A DNA stretch of 61,341 nucleotides, counting the filler, from Pirum gemmata (Eukaryota): assembly GCA_002812295.1 (NCBI GenBank). It is 14 parts of 14 records of this genome, joined end to end, with 100 filler letters (N's around TTAATTAATTAA, not from the genome) between each part and the next. Parts side by side here need not be neighbours in the genome. Positions count along the whole stretch, not along the records: positions 24,932 to 28,780 come from PDIN01001814.1; positions 28,881 to 33,847 come from PDIN01001815.1; positions 33,948 to 37,830 come from PDIN01001816.1; 11 more parts are not named here. The stretch is one strand, 5' to 3'. The notes below the pieces were generated by a model that did not search any database, was not told the origin of the DNA, and saw nothing but the letters and a program-made list of their open reading frames with translations. Positions 24,968 through 36,506 of this stretch are shown in pieces; the stretch's first letter is position 1; the number at the start of each line of letters is the position of its first letter. The position numbers were made by a program, and so were the translations under genes.

Positions 24968-27193
24968 ATGTTTAGTAATAATAATAATAATAATAGAAAT
25001 TATTACAATAATAACAATAACCATGGTAACAACAACAATAAAAACGGCAACATAGCTGGTGGCAATGGTATCCATATAATTGGTACTGAACTTATGAGTA
25101 TAAACAAAGCTGTCTCAAAGGATAACACCAACAACAATAGTTTGGGTGAAAGTTTTATTTACTCCAACAACAAGCACAACAACAACAACAACAGCAGCAT
25201 TCAAAACAATAATGGGAATCACAAACTCTCAAGTAGAAGTATGGATTTTTTTCCGACAAATAGTTTGACTTTCAAATCCAACCATCACAAGAAGATTCAA
25301 CTCGATTGCACAAAAGATATAATTGACACTGGAATTGATATAACAGCACGTGGTTATATCCATAGTGACACTCATAATAATTATAGAAAAAGTAGTAATG
25401 ATAATACTACTGACAACAATTATGATAATGTTGTCTGTAATACCAATAATCCAAGTAATCCGAGTAATAAATTGATTTCTGAGATTATGTGTGGGAGTGG
25501 GGGAGGAACAACTTCAAAAAAGACTCCAAGGAGAAAAAGTTTAGAACTAAGCTCAGAATCCACGTGTTCCTTATCAAAATCTCCATCTTATACATCAATG
25601 TTAGCAAAAGAAAGAAAATACCAACACATTAAAGCAGTTTTACACTGTATTGAAATTAACGAATTGTCATCTTTGATTTCTTCGTCTGCATCATTATCAT
25701 CATCATCATCTTCGTCATCCCCTAATTTGGAAGAGGGTGGCAAAAAAAATGTAACAGACAAGAATTTTCTTTCGTATGAACATTTTTCTCGTATGCTCCA
25801 TCATCACATCACTTGTGATAAAGCAAACTGTGTCTTTAGTAACAATACCATTCCCACTCTATTTTTATCAGTATATCCGCTTCAAAGAGTACCTCATGTT
25901 AGTTCTGCTAAAGATAAAGAAAATGAACCAGATTCAATTGGGAATAATGAAACTAATAGCATGGGTAACAGCTTTAATCCAAAATATCACACCATTAATT
26001 ATAACAATAATAATCCTGATACTGGTAATACTAACCACAACAAGCAATTGTACGCTACAACAAACTACAAAACTCATTTACTATTAGAAAAATACGTTGA
26101 ACGTTCATCCGTTTTTTCTAAATGTAATTATTTAAACGCTGACATCAATAACGACTTTCAGGTTTTCGACATTGTGTTTACATCAGCCAGTTTGGTGCTT
26201 GGTAGGGAGAAAACGAACAATCATAACCAGAAAGAAAAACGCAAGGTACGTCGTAGTAGTGCCAGCAATATTCATTCAAAAAACACTAATAATTTAGATA
26301 TCAATGACGGAATATTAGGGTTTAAAATTGATAAAATGCTGGGCAAATCTCACTCTGACCCTAGCAAGGATGATACGTTTACTAATACGTTGAAGGGAAA
26401 TGACAGCGATTGGAGCAGAGAAAATAGTCAAGAAAATGCCAAGGATATCTCTAACGACGATGCTTTAAGTAAAGATCAAGTTGTAATTTTGAAGGCCATT
26501 GATGGTATTAAGCCTAATAGCAGTGGTAAAAAATTTATAGATATTATATCGGATGATGATAAAGAGAGTGAAAATGTTATGACGAAGCATCATAACATTA
26601 TGAATTTTAACCAACGCGAACATCTCAGCCATAAAGTAAGCGATCCCCATCAAGACCCAGTTTCCCTACCCAGTGACACATCTAAAACGGCTGCAATTCT
26701 TTACAATAATGGTTTGTTTAATTATAGTTTTGATGTTTGTAGCAATACTTACTATGAGCCCAACTATTGCCGTAAAGATTATAAGAAAAATCATAAAAAA
26801 CTACACTTTTTTGATGTTATCCATGGTAAACAAAAACATAAAAAAGAAGAGAGCATTACTTCTAAAAGTCAAAGTTGTGGTGATATCCGTAGTACGAGTC
26901 TTAATGATTTTTACAGTGCTGGCGGTCATGGTTATATGATAAGTATTAGCGAGTTCCACAGTAAAAACATTATCCCTACTGAACGTGAAGTATTAAAAAA
27001 ACGAAACCGAGAACAAAAAGCGTTAAAGCAGAAACTGAAGAAAGCTAAGGACGATGCAAAAAAGAATAACAACAAAATCCAAAATGGTGTTCATGATCTA
27101 CACAAAAACATCGATAATGGCCATCATAGCCTTCCCTTTTTAACATCTATACACAAGTATTTTAATAATTACAACGTTGAACAAAGTAACTGA
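24968..27193 (+). CDS. Hypothetical Asn/Ser-rich protein, 741 aa, with a C-terminal coiled-coil-like segment
   Basis: 2.2-kb ORF with a mostly non-repetitive translation; no domain recognised; may lack upstream exons. Confidence 0.8.
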   Translation: MFSNNNNNNRNYYNNNNNHGNNNNKNGNIAGGNGIHIIGTELMSINKAVSKDNTNNNSLGESFIYSNNKHNNNNNSSIQNNNGNHKLSSRSMDFFPTNSLTFKSNHHKKIQLDCTKDIIDTGIDITARGYIHSDTHNNYRKSSNDNTTDNNYDNVVCNTNNPSNPSNKLISEIMCGSGGGTTSKKTPRRKSLELSSESTCSLSKSPSYTSMLAKERKYQHIKAVLHCIEINELSSLISSSASLSSSSSSSSPNLEEGGKKNVTDKNFLSYEHFSRMLHHHITCDKANCVFSNNTIPTLFLSVYPLQRVPHVSSAKDKENEPDSIGNNETNSMGNSFNPKYHTINYNNNNPDTGNTNHNKQLYATTNYKTHLLLEKYVERSSVFSKCNYLNADINNDFQVFDIVFTSASLVLGREKTNNHNQKEKRKVRRSSASNIHSKNTNNLDINDGILGFKIDKMLGKSHSDPSKDDTFTNTLKGNDSDWSRENSQENAKDISNDDALSKDQVVILKAIDGIKPNSSGKKFIDIISDDDKESENVMTKHHNIMNFNQREHLSHKVSDPHQDPVSLPSDTSKTAAILYNNGLFNYSFDVCSNTYYEPNYCRKDYKKNHKKLHFFDVIHGKQKHKKEESITSKSQSCGDIRSTSLNDFYSAGGHGYMISISEFHSKNIIPTEREVLKKRNREQKALKQKLKKAKDDAKKNNNKIQNGVHDLHKNIDNGHHSLPFLTSIHKYFNNYNVEQSN

Positions 27194-27687
27194 TTGATAG
27201 TGCATGATTGTTCTGTAATGAATATTATATGTATTATATAAAGTTTATATGAAAATTGTGATCATCTGTAAATAAAATTATTTTTTTAAATTATGATTTT
27301 ATATAATTATAATCTTGAGGTTTTTTTTTTCACTATTAATATATTAATAATATATATTAATAATATCATTTTTATTTGGTTTTACATTTAATATACAATA
27401 ATATAAATAAACTACAAAAACAAGTGATTTTACATGTATTCTTATTATGATCATTAATTTTATTAGGATATCATTATTCTTATTCTTATTCTTATGATTA
27501 TTATTATTATAGTATTAGTATTATTTTTATGATTATGATTATGATTATGATTATGATTATGATTATGATTATGATTATGTTTATGTTTATGTTTATGATT
27601 ATTATTGATAATTATTATTATATTTAATACTAATAATATCATCATCATTATTATTATTGTTATTATTAATTATTATTATTATGATTA

Positions 27688-27725
<38 letters not shown>

Positions 27726-27783
27726 CACTTTTCTACTATGCTCATATGATTTGAATATTGATAATGAGGTATCCTTTGCTTGG

Positions 27784-28059
27784 TTAGGTATCGAATGAAA
27801 ATTTTTCTTTTTTCCTAACAAGTTCAAGTTCTTGTTGTTGTTCTCGTTGGTATCTACGTTCTTCTTCTTGTCTACGTTCTTCTGCTAGCTGCTCTCGTTG
27901 TCTTTCCAAATATTGATGAATTTCATAGTTATTAACTTCTTGTATTTGACAAAGCAATAAGGTATGTAATTTTTGTATAATATTAAAATCAAGAGACTCC
28001 AAATACAATTGTAAATAGTACAATGAAATATCTCTTTTCAACGAATATTTTTTAACCAA
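27784..28059 (-). pseudogene. Coding-like fragment with a charged coiled coil (ERQREQLAEERRQEEERR)
   Basis: Protein-like composition but no ATG or clear exon boundary. Confidence 0.3.
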
Positions 28060-28456
28060 ATCAAAAATATATTAGTAGTAGTTGTCAAATTTTCTTTTTC
28101 TATTCCCCCCTGTAAACTGCACCGAAACCACCAGCAAGTGTTTATCTAAAATTACGATATAAATTTGACTTGGCAAATAATTGCATATTCACTCTCAACA
28201 AAAAACATTCACAAATAAGTTTCTAGCTAGTGAGGGAAATATAAAAATTCTAAGTTTGGAACCAAGCTAAAATTCAAATTGCAAAATAATCGATTGTTCA
28301 ATGTTGAAATAATAATAATAATAATAATAAAAACAGCAGATATTATATCCATTGTCAAATTATTATAAAAAAATTATAAAAAGAGTAGATATCGATTGGG
28401 AATTATGATATATGCTCATAACGATAATAAAAACAATCGATGGTGCTTTGTTTTTT

Positions 28457-28780
28457 CCTAACCCTATCAATTGACCTTTCTTTGACAATTTAATAAAAGG
28501 CATGGTTGGCCATTTCGATCCACCTTTAAACTTTTAGAAGTAAGACCCTAACCCTAGCTCTAACCCTAACACTCCCTAACCCTATCAATTGACCTTTCCC
28601 TTGACAATTTAATAAAAGGCATGGTTGGCCATTTCGATCTACCTAACCCTAACCCTAACCCTACTAGCCTTATTCTTAACCCTAACACTAACCCTAATTT
28701 GAATCTTAAAACCTTTTTTCTCAGCTTATCATAATCTAACACTTACCTAACCCTAACCCTAACCCTAACCCTAACCCTAA
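28457..28780 (-). repeat. Degenerate-to-perfect (CCCTAA)n array containing a ~65-bp unique segment duplicated in tandem
   Basis: CCTAACCCTATCAATTGACCTTTC...GGCATGGTTGGCCATTTCGATC at ~28457 and ~28575; pure CCCTAA to the contig end. Confidence 0.85.
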
Positions 28781-28880
28781 NNNNNNNNNNNNNNNNNNNN
28801 NNNNNNNNNNNNNNNNNNNNNNNNTTAATTAATTAANNNNNNNNNNNNNNNNNNNNNNNNNNNNNNNNNNNNNNNNNNNN

Positions 28881-29982
28881 ATACGGTGGTAGTGGTGGTC
28901 GTGGTGGTGGTGGTGGTGGTGGTGGTAGGGAAGCTACTGATAAAATTTTAATGTTTGTTGTTGTTGTTAAAAATTAATTGATTAAAAATAAAAAATAAAT
29001 ATTATTTTCAATTTTCAATATTGCAATAACGTTGTTTGTTACTACTATAAATTAATCAATTGCAATTAATATTAAATTTTATTGGTGTTTTGTTAGTAGT
29101 TAGTATATTATGTAGTAGTAGTAATATTAATGGTGGTGGTGATGATGATGATAGTGGTAGTAGTGATAGTAGTGGTATCGCTATCGTTAGTGGTGGTGGT
29201 GGTGGTGGTAGTGGTATTAATACCGGTAGTAGTAGTAGAAGTAGTAGTGGTGCTGGTGCTGGTGCTGATGCTGGTTCTGCTGCACTTGATGAATGTTTGT
29301 TATCATTTTAATCAATATTAATTAACGAAAGCATTAGCATTATTTGAAATTGCCAATGATATGTTGCAATAACCTTGTTTATTGATTATATAATTATATT
29401 GACCAGGGTTTTGATTACATGGTGTTTGTTAGCAGTTGTAATAATATATATATTAATGGTGGTAGTGGTAGTGGTAGTGGTAGTGGTAGTGGTAATAGTA
29501 GTGGTAGTGGTAGTGGTAGTGGTAGTGGTAGTGGTAGTGGTAGTGGTAGTGGAGTAGTGGCAGTGGTAGTGGTAGTGGTAATGGTAGTGGTAGTGGCGGT
29601 GATGGTGCTATTGATACAATTTCATGTTTGTTGTTGTTTTGTTGTTATTGATATTAATTAATTGAAGCATTGATATTATTTGCAATTGGCATGAGTAATA
29701 TTAATTGCAATAACGTTGTTCATTGTTATATATTGACCAATTATTGGTGTTTGTTCGGTTCGTAGTTAGAAGCAGCACTGATAATCGTGGTGGTGATTAT
29801 GGTAGTGTCGTAGTGGCGGTGGTAGATTTAGAGGTAGTACTAGAGGTAGAATGGTAGTGGTATGTAGTGGTAGTGGTAGTGGTATGTAGTGGTAGTGGTA
29901 GTGGTAGTGGTAGTGGTATGTAGTGGTAGTGGTAATGGTAGTGGTAGTGGTAGTGGTAGTGGTAGTGGTAGTGGTAGTGGTA
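28881..29982. repeat. Satellite-like units: AT-rich ~100-150-bp block plus G-rich (GGTAGT/GGT)n tract; a related unit lies at 33590-33847
   Basis: TTGCAATAAC(G/C)TTGTT recurs at ~29021, 29365 and 29706; ATTATTTTCAATTTTCAAT occurs at ~29000 and ~33632. Confidence 0.6.
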
Positions 29983-30006
29983 NNNNNNNNNNNNNNNNNN
30001 NNNNNN

Positions 30007-32270
30007 TTATTATTATTGTTATTATTATTATTATTGGTGCTGTTGTTGTTGTTGTTATTGTTGACGTTGTTGTTATTGTCGGTGTGGTGGTGGTGGTGGT
30101 TAGGAGATGAAGATAAAGAACTATGAAGTGCTGAATCACTCAAATAAAAATTACCCGTACTAATCTTTTTCTTTTTTTTGCCACTTAGTTTTTTTTCAGT
30201 CGAAGAAACTTTACTATTATTATTATTACTACTACTCTCACTACCACCTTCATCATGTCCTTCTGTTGTTTCCCCCAAATCACTTTTTACTAATTTAAAA
30301 GCCTTATCGTTCATAAGTTTTCGTACTAACGAAGTTGGACGATTAGACTGACCAGCCCCAGAACTTGAATTTTTTCTTTTATCGCTTTCATTATCATAAC
30401 TATGGCTGCGAGGTTCTATATTTTTATCACTAAAGTCGTGGTTATGGTTATGGTTATGGTTATGGTTATGGTTATGGTTATGGTTATGGTTATGGTTATG
30501 GTCATGTTCGTGGATGCTGTTGATTTTATTATGGCTAACAGAACTGATTTTGGAATGATCCGCGGCGGTTGTTGGAGGTGATAAATCATTACTGGAGTAA
30601 AAAGCCTTTTTGCTTTTTCGTAGTAATTTGTTTTCAGTGAAATCTTCATTGTTATCTATAACCTGATCCATGGATATTTTTCTCTCGATTTTGGGTTTCT
30701 CGTCTGTATTTGATTTGCTTTTACCGGTTGCTTTCAAAAACAAGGAGGACAAATTATGGTTAGTATCATTAGAATCATTTTGTTCATTAACACTATTATC
30801 GAAAAGAAAGTTGTCAGAAGAATGAATTTCTACATTATCAACATCATTATGATGATGATAATGTTGTTGCTGTGGTTGTTGTGGTTGATGCTTATCTATA
30901 TCACAAGCACTATTACTTAAAGAATTGCTATTACTATTGTTGTTACTACTAGTACTGAGGTTACCACCAATATTATCATTAGTTTTATAACCGATAAATT
31001 GTTTTTGCTGATTTTCTAAAAATTCTTGGATTTGCATTTGTTGAAAGGTTGTTGTGGCTGGTAAATAAATAATTTTTCTAATTAGTTCTTCTTTTTCACT
31101 ATCAGTAAGACTCATGTTTGTTTGATTTAAACAATTATTATTATTATTATCATCATCATCATCACTATTACCACCACATTTTTCGTCATTATTTTCATTA
31201 TTTTTGTTAGATTCAGCGTTTTTATTAAACTGAAACTCCGTGCTGGTATCTGAAATAGAAGCTTCGGCCATTGCAATAGCCACATTAACATCCATATCCA
31301 AAAGTTTTCTATCGTCACTAATTTTACCAGTATTATCGTCGACACTACTTCTGCTATTAACACGATCATTTTTATTATTAGTAGTATCATCAACTTTTAA
31401 TATAAAATCACAACAACAAGTGCTATCTGACAGATTTCTAAAATTGTCCAACATTGTTGATAACTGGTAATCACTACGATTAAAACTTTCATCACTTATT
31501 ATTTCTAGGACATCTAATAATTGATCCTGCACGGAATCGTAAACCCATGAATCTTCATAATCGTGATCATTAGGTTTCCATTTGTTTAGTGCGTTAAAGC
31601 TAGTTTTACTTAATTGGCTGCCACTTTTTCGGTTAAACCGTTTTCGACTGAGAAGTGGAGAACCAACGTCACTCTCATTATCGCTTAATGTATATTCAGA
31701 CTCATCAGATATAGTACTTACACGTTTAGGAATAGTTTCGAAAACATTACTACTACTAGTAATATGTTCATTTTCTTCAAACAATACTTCGTCTTTGTCA
31801 AAAACTTTATAACTAGCATTTTGCCCGAAATCTACATTAAGTTGATTTAATAAATCTAAATATTGATTTGACAATTCCCCGGTTGTCTCTTCTGCATCAC
31901 GGGCTTGGGACAGCTTATTCGCAAATTCACTATTAATCTTATTAAGCAACTCTAAATACACAGCGCTATTACCTGAACTACCTTCAACTTTGCTCTCTTT
32001 ATTAATGACATCATTCCCTAACTCGATCTCATTATTGTTCGTATTATTGTCACCATTGTCATTGCCATTGTTATCATTACTGTTGTTATCATTGTTGCTA
32101 TCGTTATCGTTATCGTTATTGTTATTGTTGTTGGTGTTGGTGTTGGTGTTGGTGTTGTTTTCGGAGTTAAGGCTGGCACCGCTGACACTTTTTTGTTGTT
32201 TCAATTCATCTTCATTCTGGCTAAAATTGTCATTGTCATCGTAGGTTATGAATTTCCCTGATTTTTTCAT
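30007..32270 (-). CDS. Hypothetical Asn/Asp/Ser-rich protein (about 750 aa up to the N gap; true C-terminus unresolved)
   Basis: 2.26-kb open frame with complex sequence; likely start MKKSGKF (32270) or an internal exon; the part beyond the N gap is microsatellite. Confidence 0.8.
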
Positions 32271-33156
32271 TATTACTGAGTTTTGTTGCTGTATCGCATT
32301 ATAATATATATATGTATATATATATATATATATATATAGATACATAAATACATATATACACTTTTTGTTCCTAGGTTATTAACGTTATCTTAGCATATCT
32401 ATTTGTTTTATTGGCAGTTGTAGATAGAATTCTTTTTTTTTGTTTTGCTATTCTAATGTATTGTGTGTTGTTATCGTTATTAAGTTCTCACAGTTGTTGT
32501 TATAGGCATTGTTATTTCCATTATTAATTATTTATATTGTAATTTAGTTTGAAGTTACAGTTATTATTATTTATTTTAATATTATTAGTGTTATTATTAT
32601 CATTGTTGTTGTTGTTGTTGCTGTTGTTACTTTTGTTAGCAATGTTATTATTATTGTTATTGTTATTGTTATTGTTATTGTTATTGCTATTGCTATTGCT
32701 ATTGTTATTGTTACTGTTATTGTTATTGTTATTGTTGATACTTTTTTTATATAATAATAGTCTGTGTCTAAAAATTATTATCATAATAATAATTATAATA
32801 TAGAATTTATAATTTTTTTTTCACCGATAACAACAGCGCTGCAAAAAAGCGCGAAAAAATCGAAATCGAACTTTTAAAATTTTCGAATGTCAAAACCCTG
32901 AACCCTAACCCTATATGGGAAAATAAAATCGAATCAAACAGCTCGATATTAATTATTAAATAGTGACAATTTTGAAATGATATCCTTTTTTTTTTCGAGT
33001 TTCAAGTTTTTTTTCGAGTTTCAAGTTTTTTCTTTGAAATTTCTAACAATTTTTAAGAATTTTTTAATGAAATCGAAAATGAGTCATTACTTAAAATTAG
33101 ATCGAAAAATTTAATAAATTTCAAACTAGTCTCGATTTGATGGTTTTCCCCCATCC

Positions 33157-33278
33157 CCCTAACCCAAACCCTATCCCTAACTCTAAACCTAACCCTAACC
33201 CTATGATAACCCTAGCCCTAACCCTAACCCTACTACTAGCTAGCCCTAACCCTAACCCTAACCCTAACCCTAACCTAA
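33157..33278 (-). repeat. Interstitial (CCCTAA)n array with CTAG/ATGATA insertions
   Basis: CCCTAACCCTATGATAACCCTAGCCCTAA...CCCTACTACTAGCTAGCCCTAA. Confidence 0.85.
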
Positions 33279-34022
33279 TTGATTAGTCTTCATAATTATA
33301 TCGAAAAAAAAGTCAAAAAAAATCCCCGCCCATCCTCGAATTTTCGTTATTTTCGCACACAATTTTTTTTTTTTTTTTCTTTTTCTTTTTCTTTCTTTTT
33401 TCCAGTTGAGGGTGTAATTAGTATTTTGTTGCAATTAGAGTCACTTTCAAAATTTGTCAAACACTATTTGCGCCAATATTATTAATAAGTTACCAAAAAT
33501 AGATTTTGTAGTACTAAATATGGAATAACAGTGACTCTTGGTGTGTAACAGTGTCTTGTTGTTTGTTGTTTGTTGTTTGTTGTTTGTTGTTTGTTGTTGT
33601 TATTGGTATTAATATTAATTAAAGTATTAACATTATTTTCAATTTTCAATTTTTCAATAAAAATACAATAACATTCCTTGTTGCTATTAATATTGATCAA
33701 TATTTGTCTTTATTTGTTAGTAGTAGCAGAAGCTTAAGTAGTAAATGGCAATACGGTGGTAGTGGTGGTCGTGGTGGTGGTGGTGGTGGTGGTGGTGGTC
33801 GTGGTCGTGGTCGTGGTGGTGGTGGGGGTGGTGGTGGTGGTAGTAGTNNNNNNNNNNNNNNNNNNNNNNNNNNNNNNNNNNNNNNNNNNNNTTAATTAAT
33901 TAANNNNNNNNNNNNNNNNNNNNNNNNNNNNNNNNNNNNNNNNNNNNCTGTGCGTCGAGCTGGCCCCCAAGCTCGTCCTTTAACCTTCAGCCTCAAGTTT
34001 TTTCCCCTAACCTAGGTTACAC

Positions 34023-36431
34023 CTACCCCTTAATTATAACGCCTAACCCTAACCCATCGACAAACTTGACAGTTTGAGGAGTCGCTTCTAGAAATTTGGT
34101 ATTCAGAGTCTCAAACCGACCAACACCCTTGTCGAGTTTGACCAAATCCGAGGCTATTTTGAGGTTACCTCTTTTTTGAGTGGCCAGTGCTTCATGAGTA
34201 ACTAGATGAGTTAAAGAGATTTGTGGAAACCCACCCACTACTTTATTAACTGAAGTTTTAGTAATAGTCCACATGATTTGATAACCATAACTAGGAGTAT
34301 AGGATAATTGGGCTACTTTTGCGGCCAACAAATCTGCACTACCCAACGCCGCGATAGTTGCTGCAGATAGCTCATTGGTATAATCAAACAAGCTATCAAA
34401 GACATAGTTTGATTTGCTAGTGGCGTCTGCCTGCCTTAACACATTACCTTGTATATCTTTAACATGCAAGACAATATCATGATCAGATAGAGCTTGACCT
34501 AGTGTATAGGCCAGCCCCTTCAGATAAAATGGGGTTTGAGATTTGTGTTCAATGGTAAAAACTATTTTTACTGTTGTAGATAAACTATTGGACAAAGTTA
34601 GTGGTTTTAAAGTAATGGAATTAAAAGTAGCCACTGGTGGTTTGTTAACACCCTCAACTGACATTTTCATCTTATAATCAGGGTGTATGTTATTTTTAGA
34701 GACAGAAAATAATGAGTTATCATTAGCGTCTTGAAGCAAGCCCTCTTCCCCTTGGATAACCTTTAATGAATTTAAAGGCTCATCAAAGTTATGATATTCC
34801 AGAGGACCTTGAGGAGTTTTGATATCTGACAACTCAAGGTCTTTCTTTACTTTTAAAGTGGGAACAATGCTAGAGTCATGGGTTAAGTGAAGGGGTTTTG
34901 ATGGATCAAAGGCACTACCACCACTAACTAGATTGTTAGTACCATCGTCATTAATATACCAATTCTTGGAGTCTATTTTTAGAGTATCTAATATTTTATC
35001 ATCATGCATAACAAAATCCTTTAAAGTAATTCCTGGTGTTGTCCAAGGATTGGTGGCTGATAAATTAGTAATTTTAATACCAATAGCATATCTTTTAACA
35101 GCAGGCATTTCTAATTTAGCAGATACAGCACTATCAAAAGCACTTTGACCACCTAAATTTGTTAAGATAGGATTGGTACTAAATGATGATTGGACAGGTT
35201 TATATGGTGACCCAAATAGAAGGGCTTGGTCAGTGTCTTTTGTGTAAGTATGTTGGAAATATGGGTTAGAGAAATCACCATTCAACTGGTTATAATCAGC
35301 CGAATCACCAACCGCAAAAGACAGTGTTTTACTGCTACCAAATTGTGATAATTGTAATGTGAAAGCTTTCAAATAGAATTCAGTATAAGGAGTTCTAAGA
35401 ATTCTTAGCCATATGACAAAGGGGTTTTTAGAAATACTTTGTGGTTTAATAGTCAATGCACCAGAAGACTGAGTGGAAATGGAATAAGGAGACTGTGAGT
35501 TTATAGTGAAACTAAAATTATTATTAGTTTTTATTATTGGATAAAAACCTGTTGGTTGACCCGTTCTACCACTTTTTTCAGCTTGTGCATCCTCATTGGG
35601 ACTTGTAGTTAACCCTGCCAGTGGTGTAATTGGATCAAATAGTGAGTCTTGCAAGGCAGTTATTTCAGGAGTGCTCATGTCCTTTTGCACAATCAAGGTA
35701 GGGATTGCTGATGAATCATGGGTTAAGTGTAGGGGTTGAGTAGGGTCAAAAGCTGAACTTTGTGGTATTTTCAAGTTGTGAGTACCATCCTTATTAATAA
35801 ACCAACCATCACCTTTAAGTTTATTTTTTACTGTCATATCATTTGATAAGATATGAGGTGCTTGTAAGGCAGCCCCTGTAGTATCATCATCTAATTGTGG
35901 GATAGTAGTAGCTGTTGTTGTGTGTGTTAATACAAGAGGTTCAGCTGGGTTAAAAGGAGTACCAGGATCCCCTTTAGGACCTTGAGTACCAGGAGTACCA
36001 GGGTCACCCTTTGGACCTTGAGAACCACCACCACCTGTAGCAGCCACTGCCCATTCAATAAAGACATCCAGACTTTCATCCAATAATGTACCCGACTTAT
36101 CGAAAAGCTGGACTTTGTACTCTTTCTCCCCTTTTACATTCAAAGCTGGGATAGTGAACTCATAGTGACTGTTAGCCAAGGCCACAGGATCTGTTATAGT
36201 TTGTTTTACAGTACTGGGTAGTTCTACTAATTTTATAGAGCCTAGATTTCCATCATTCACAAAGGTTACTTGTAATTTAGCTTCTTGACTAGGTTCTATA
36301 GTACTAGGAGAGGCTGTGTAAGCCAGTAGTCGAGTTGGTAGGGATTGTTTTTGGATCACAGTTCCTCCACCCCCACCACCAGTAGGTGGGACTTGTAGAT
36401 AGGTGCCTATATTGCCAGAGTTGAGAGCCAT
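34023..36431 (-). CDS. Virus-like fibre/adhesin protein, 802 aa: beta-rich N-domain, (GXY)8 collagen segment, repeated shaft motifs and two related globular domains
   Basis: GSQGPKGDPGTPGTQGPKGDPGTP; repeats FNPAEPLVLTH / FDPTQPLHLTHDSS / FDPSKPLHLTHDSS and WFINKDGTHNL / WYINDDGTNNL; intronless, no signal peptide, none of the host poly-N tracts. The ORF is clear; the function is inferred. Confidence 0.7.
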   Translation of the reverse strand: MALNSGNIGTYLQVPPTGGGGGGTVIQKQSLPTRLLAYTASPSTIEPSQEAKLQVTFVNDGNLGSIKLVELPSTVKQTITDPVALANSHYEFTIPALNVKGEKEYKVQLFDKSGTLLDESLDVFIEWAVAATGGGGSQGPKGDPGTPGTQGPKGDPGTPFNPAEPLVLTHTTTATTIPQLDDDTTGAALQAPHILSNDMTVKNKLKGDGWFINKDGTHNLKIPQSSAFDPTQPLHLTHDSSAIPTLIVQKDMSTPEITALQDSLFDPITPLAGLTTSPNEDAQAEKSGRTGQPTGFYPIIKTNNNFSFTINSQSPYSISTQSSGALTIKPQSISKNPFVIWLRILRTPYTEFYLKAFTLQLSQFGSSKTLSFAVGDSADYNQLNGDFSNPYFQHTYTKDTDQALLFGSPYKPVQSSFSTNPILTNLGGQSAFDSAVSAKLEMPAVKRYAIGIKITNLSATNPWTTPGITLKDFVMHDDKILDTLKIDSKNWYINDDGTNNLVSGGSAFDPSKPLHLTHDSSIVPTLKVKKDLELSDIKTPQGPLEYHNFDEPLNSLKVIQGEEGLLQDANDNSLFSVSKNNIHPDYKMKMSVEGVNKPPVATFNSITLKPLTLSNSLSTTVKIVFTIEHKSQTPFYLKGLAYTLGQALSDHDIVLHVKDIQGNVLRQADATSKSNYVFDSLFDYTNELSAATIAALGSADLLAAKVAQLSYTPSYGYQIMWTITKTSVNKVVGGFPQISLTHLVTHEALATQKRGNLKIASDLVKLDKGVGRFETLNTKFLEATPQTVKFVDGLGLGVIIKG

Positions 36432-36506
36432 TTTTATTGTAGGTTTTATTTTTTATTTAGTAAAAAATAAAAATAAAATAAAAATATTTAGTAAAAAATA
36501 AAAATT
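36432..36506. promoter_or_regulatory. 75-bp AT-rich divergent promoter region
   Basis: Lies between two head-to-head ATGs; the 21-bp motif TATTTAGTAAAAAATAAAAAT occurs twice (36454, 36485); TAAAAAT sits at or just before both starts. Confidence 0.5.

Noticed and set aside
28100..28138. LAGGFGAVYRGE on the - strand, resembling a protein-kinase glycine-rich loop
   Set aside because: Bounded by stops, with no VAIK/HRD/DFG motifs following; at most a tiny remnant
28745..28780. True chromosome end at the contig terminus
   Set aside because: The + strand reads CCCTAA toward the right-hand end, the wrong orientation for a terminal telomere there; more likely an internal array that broke the assembly
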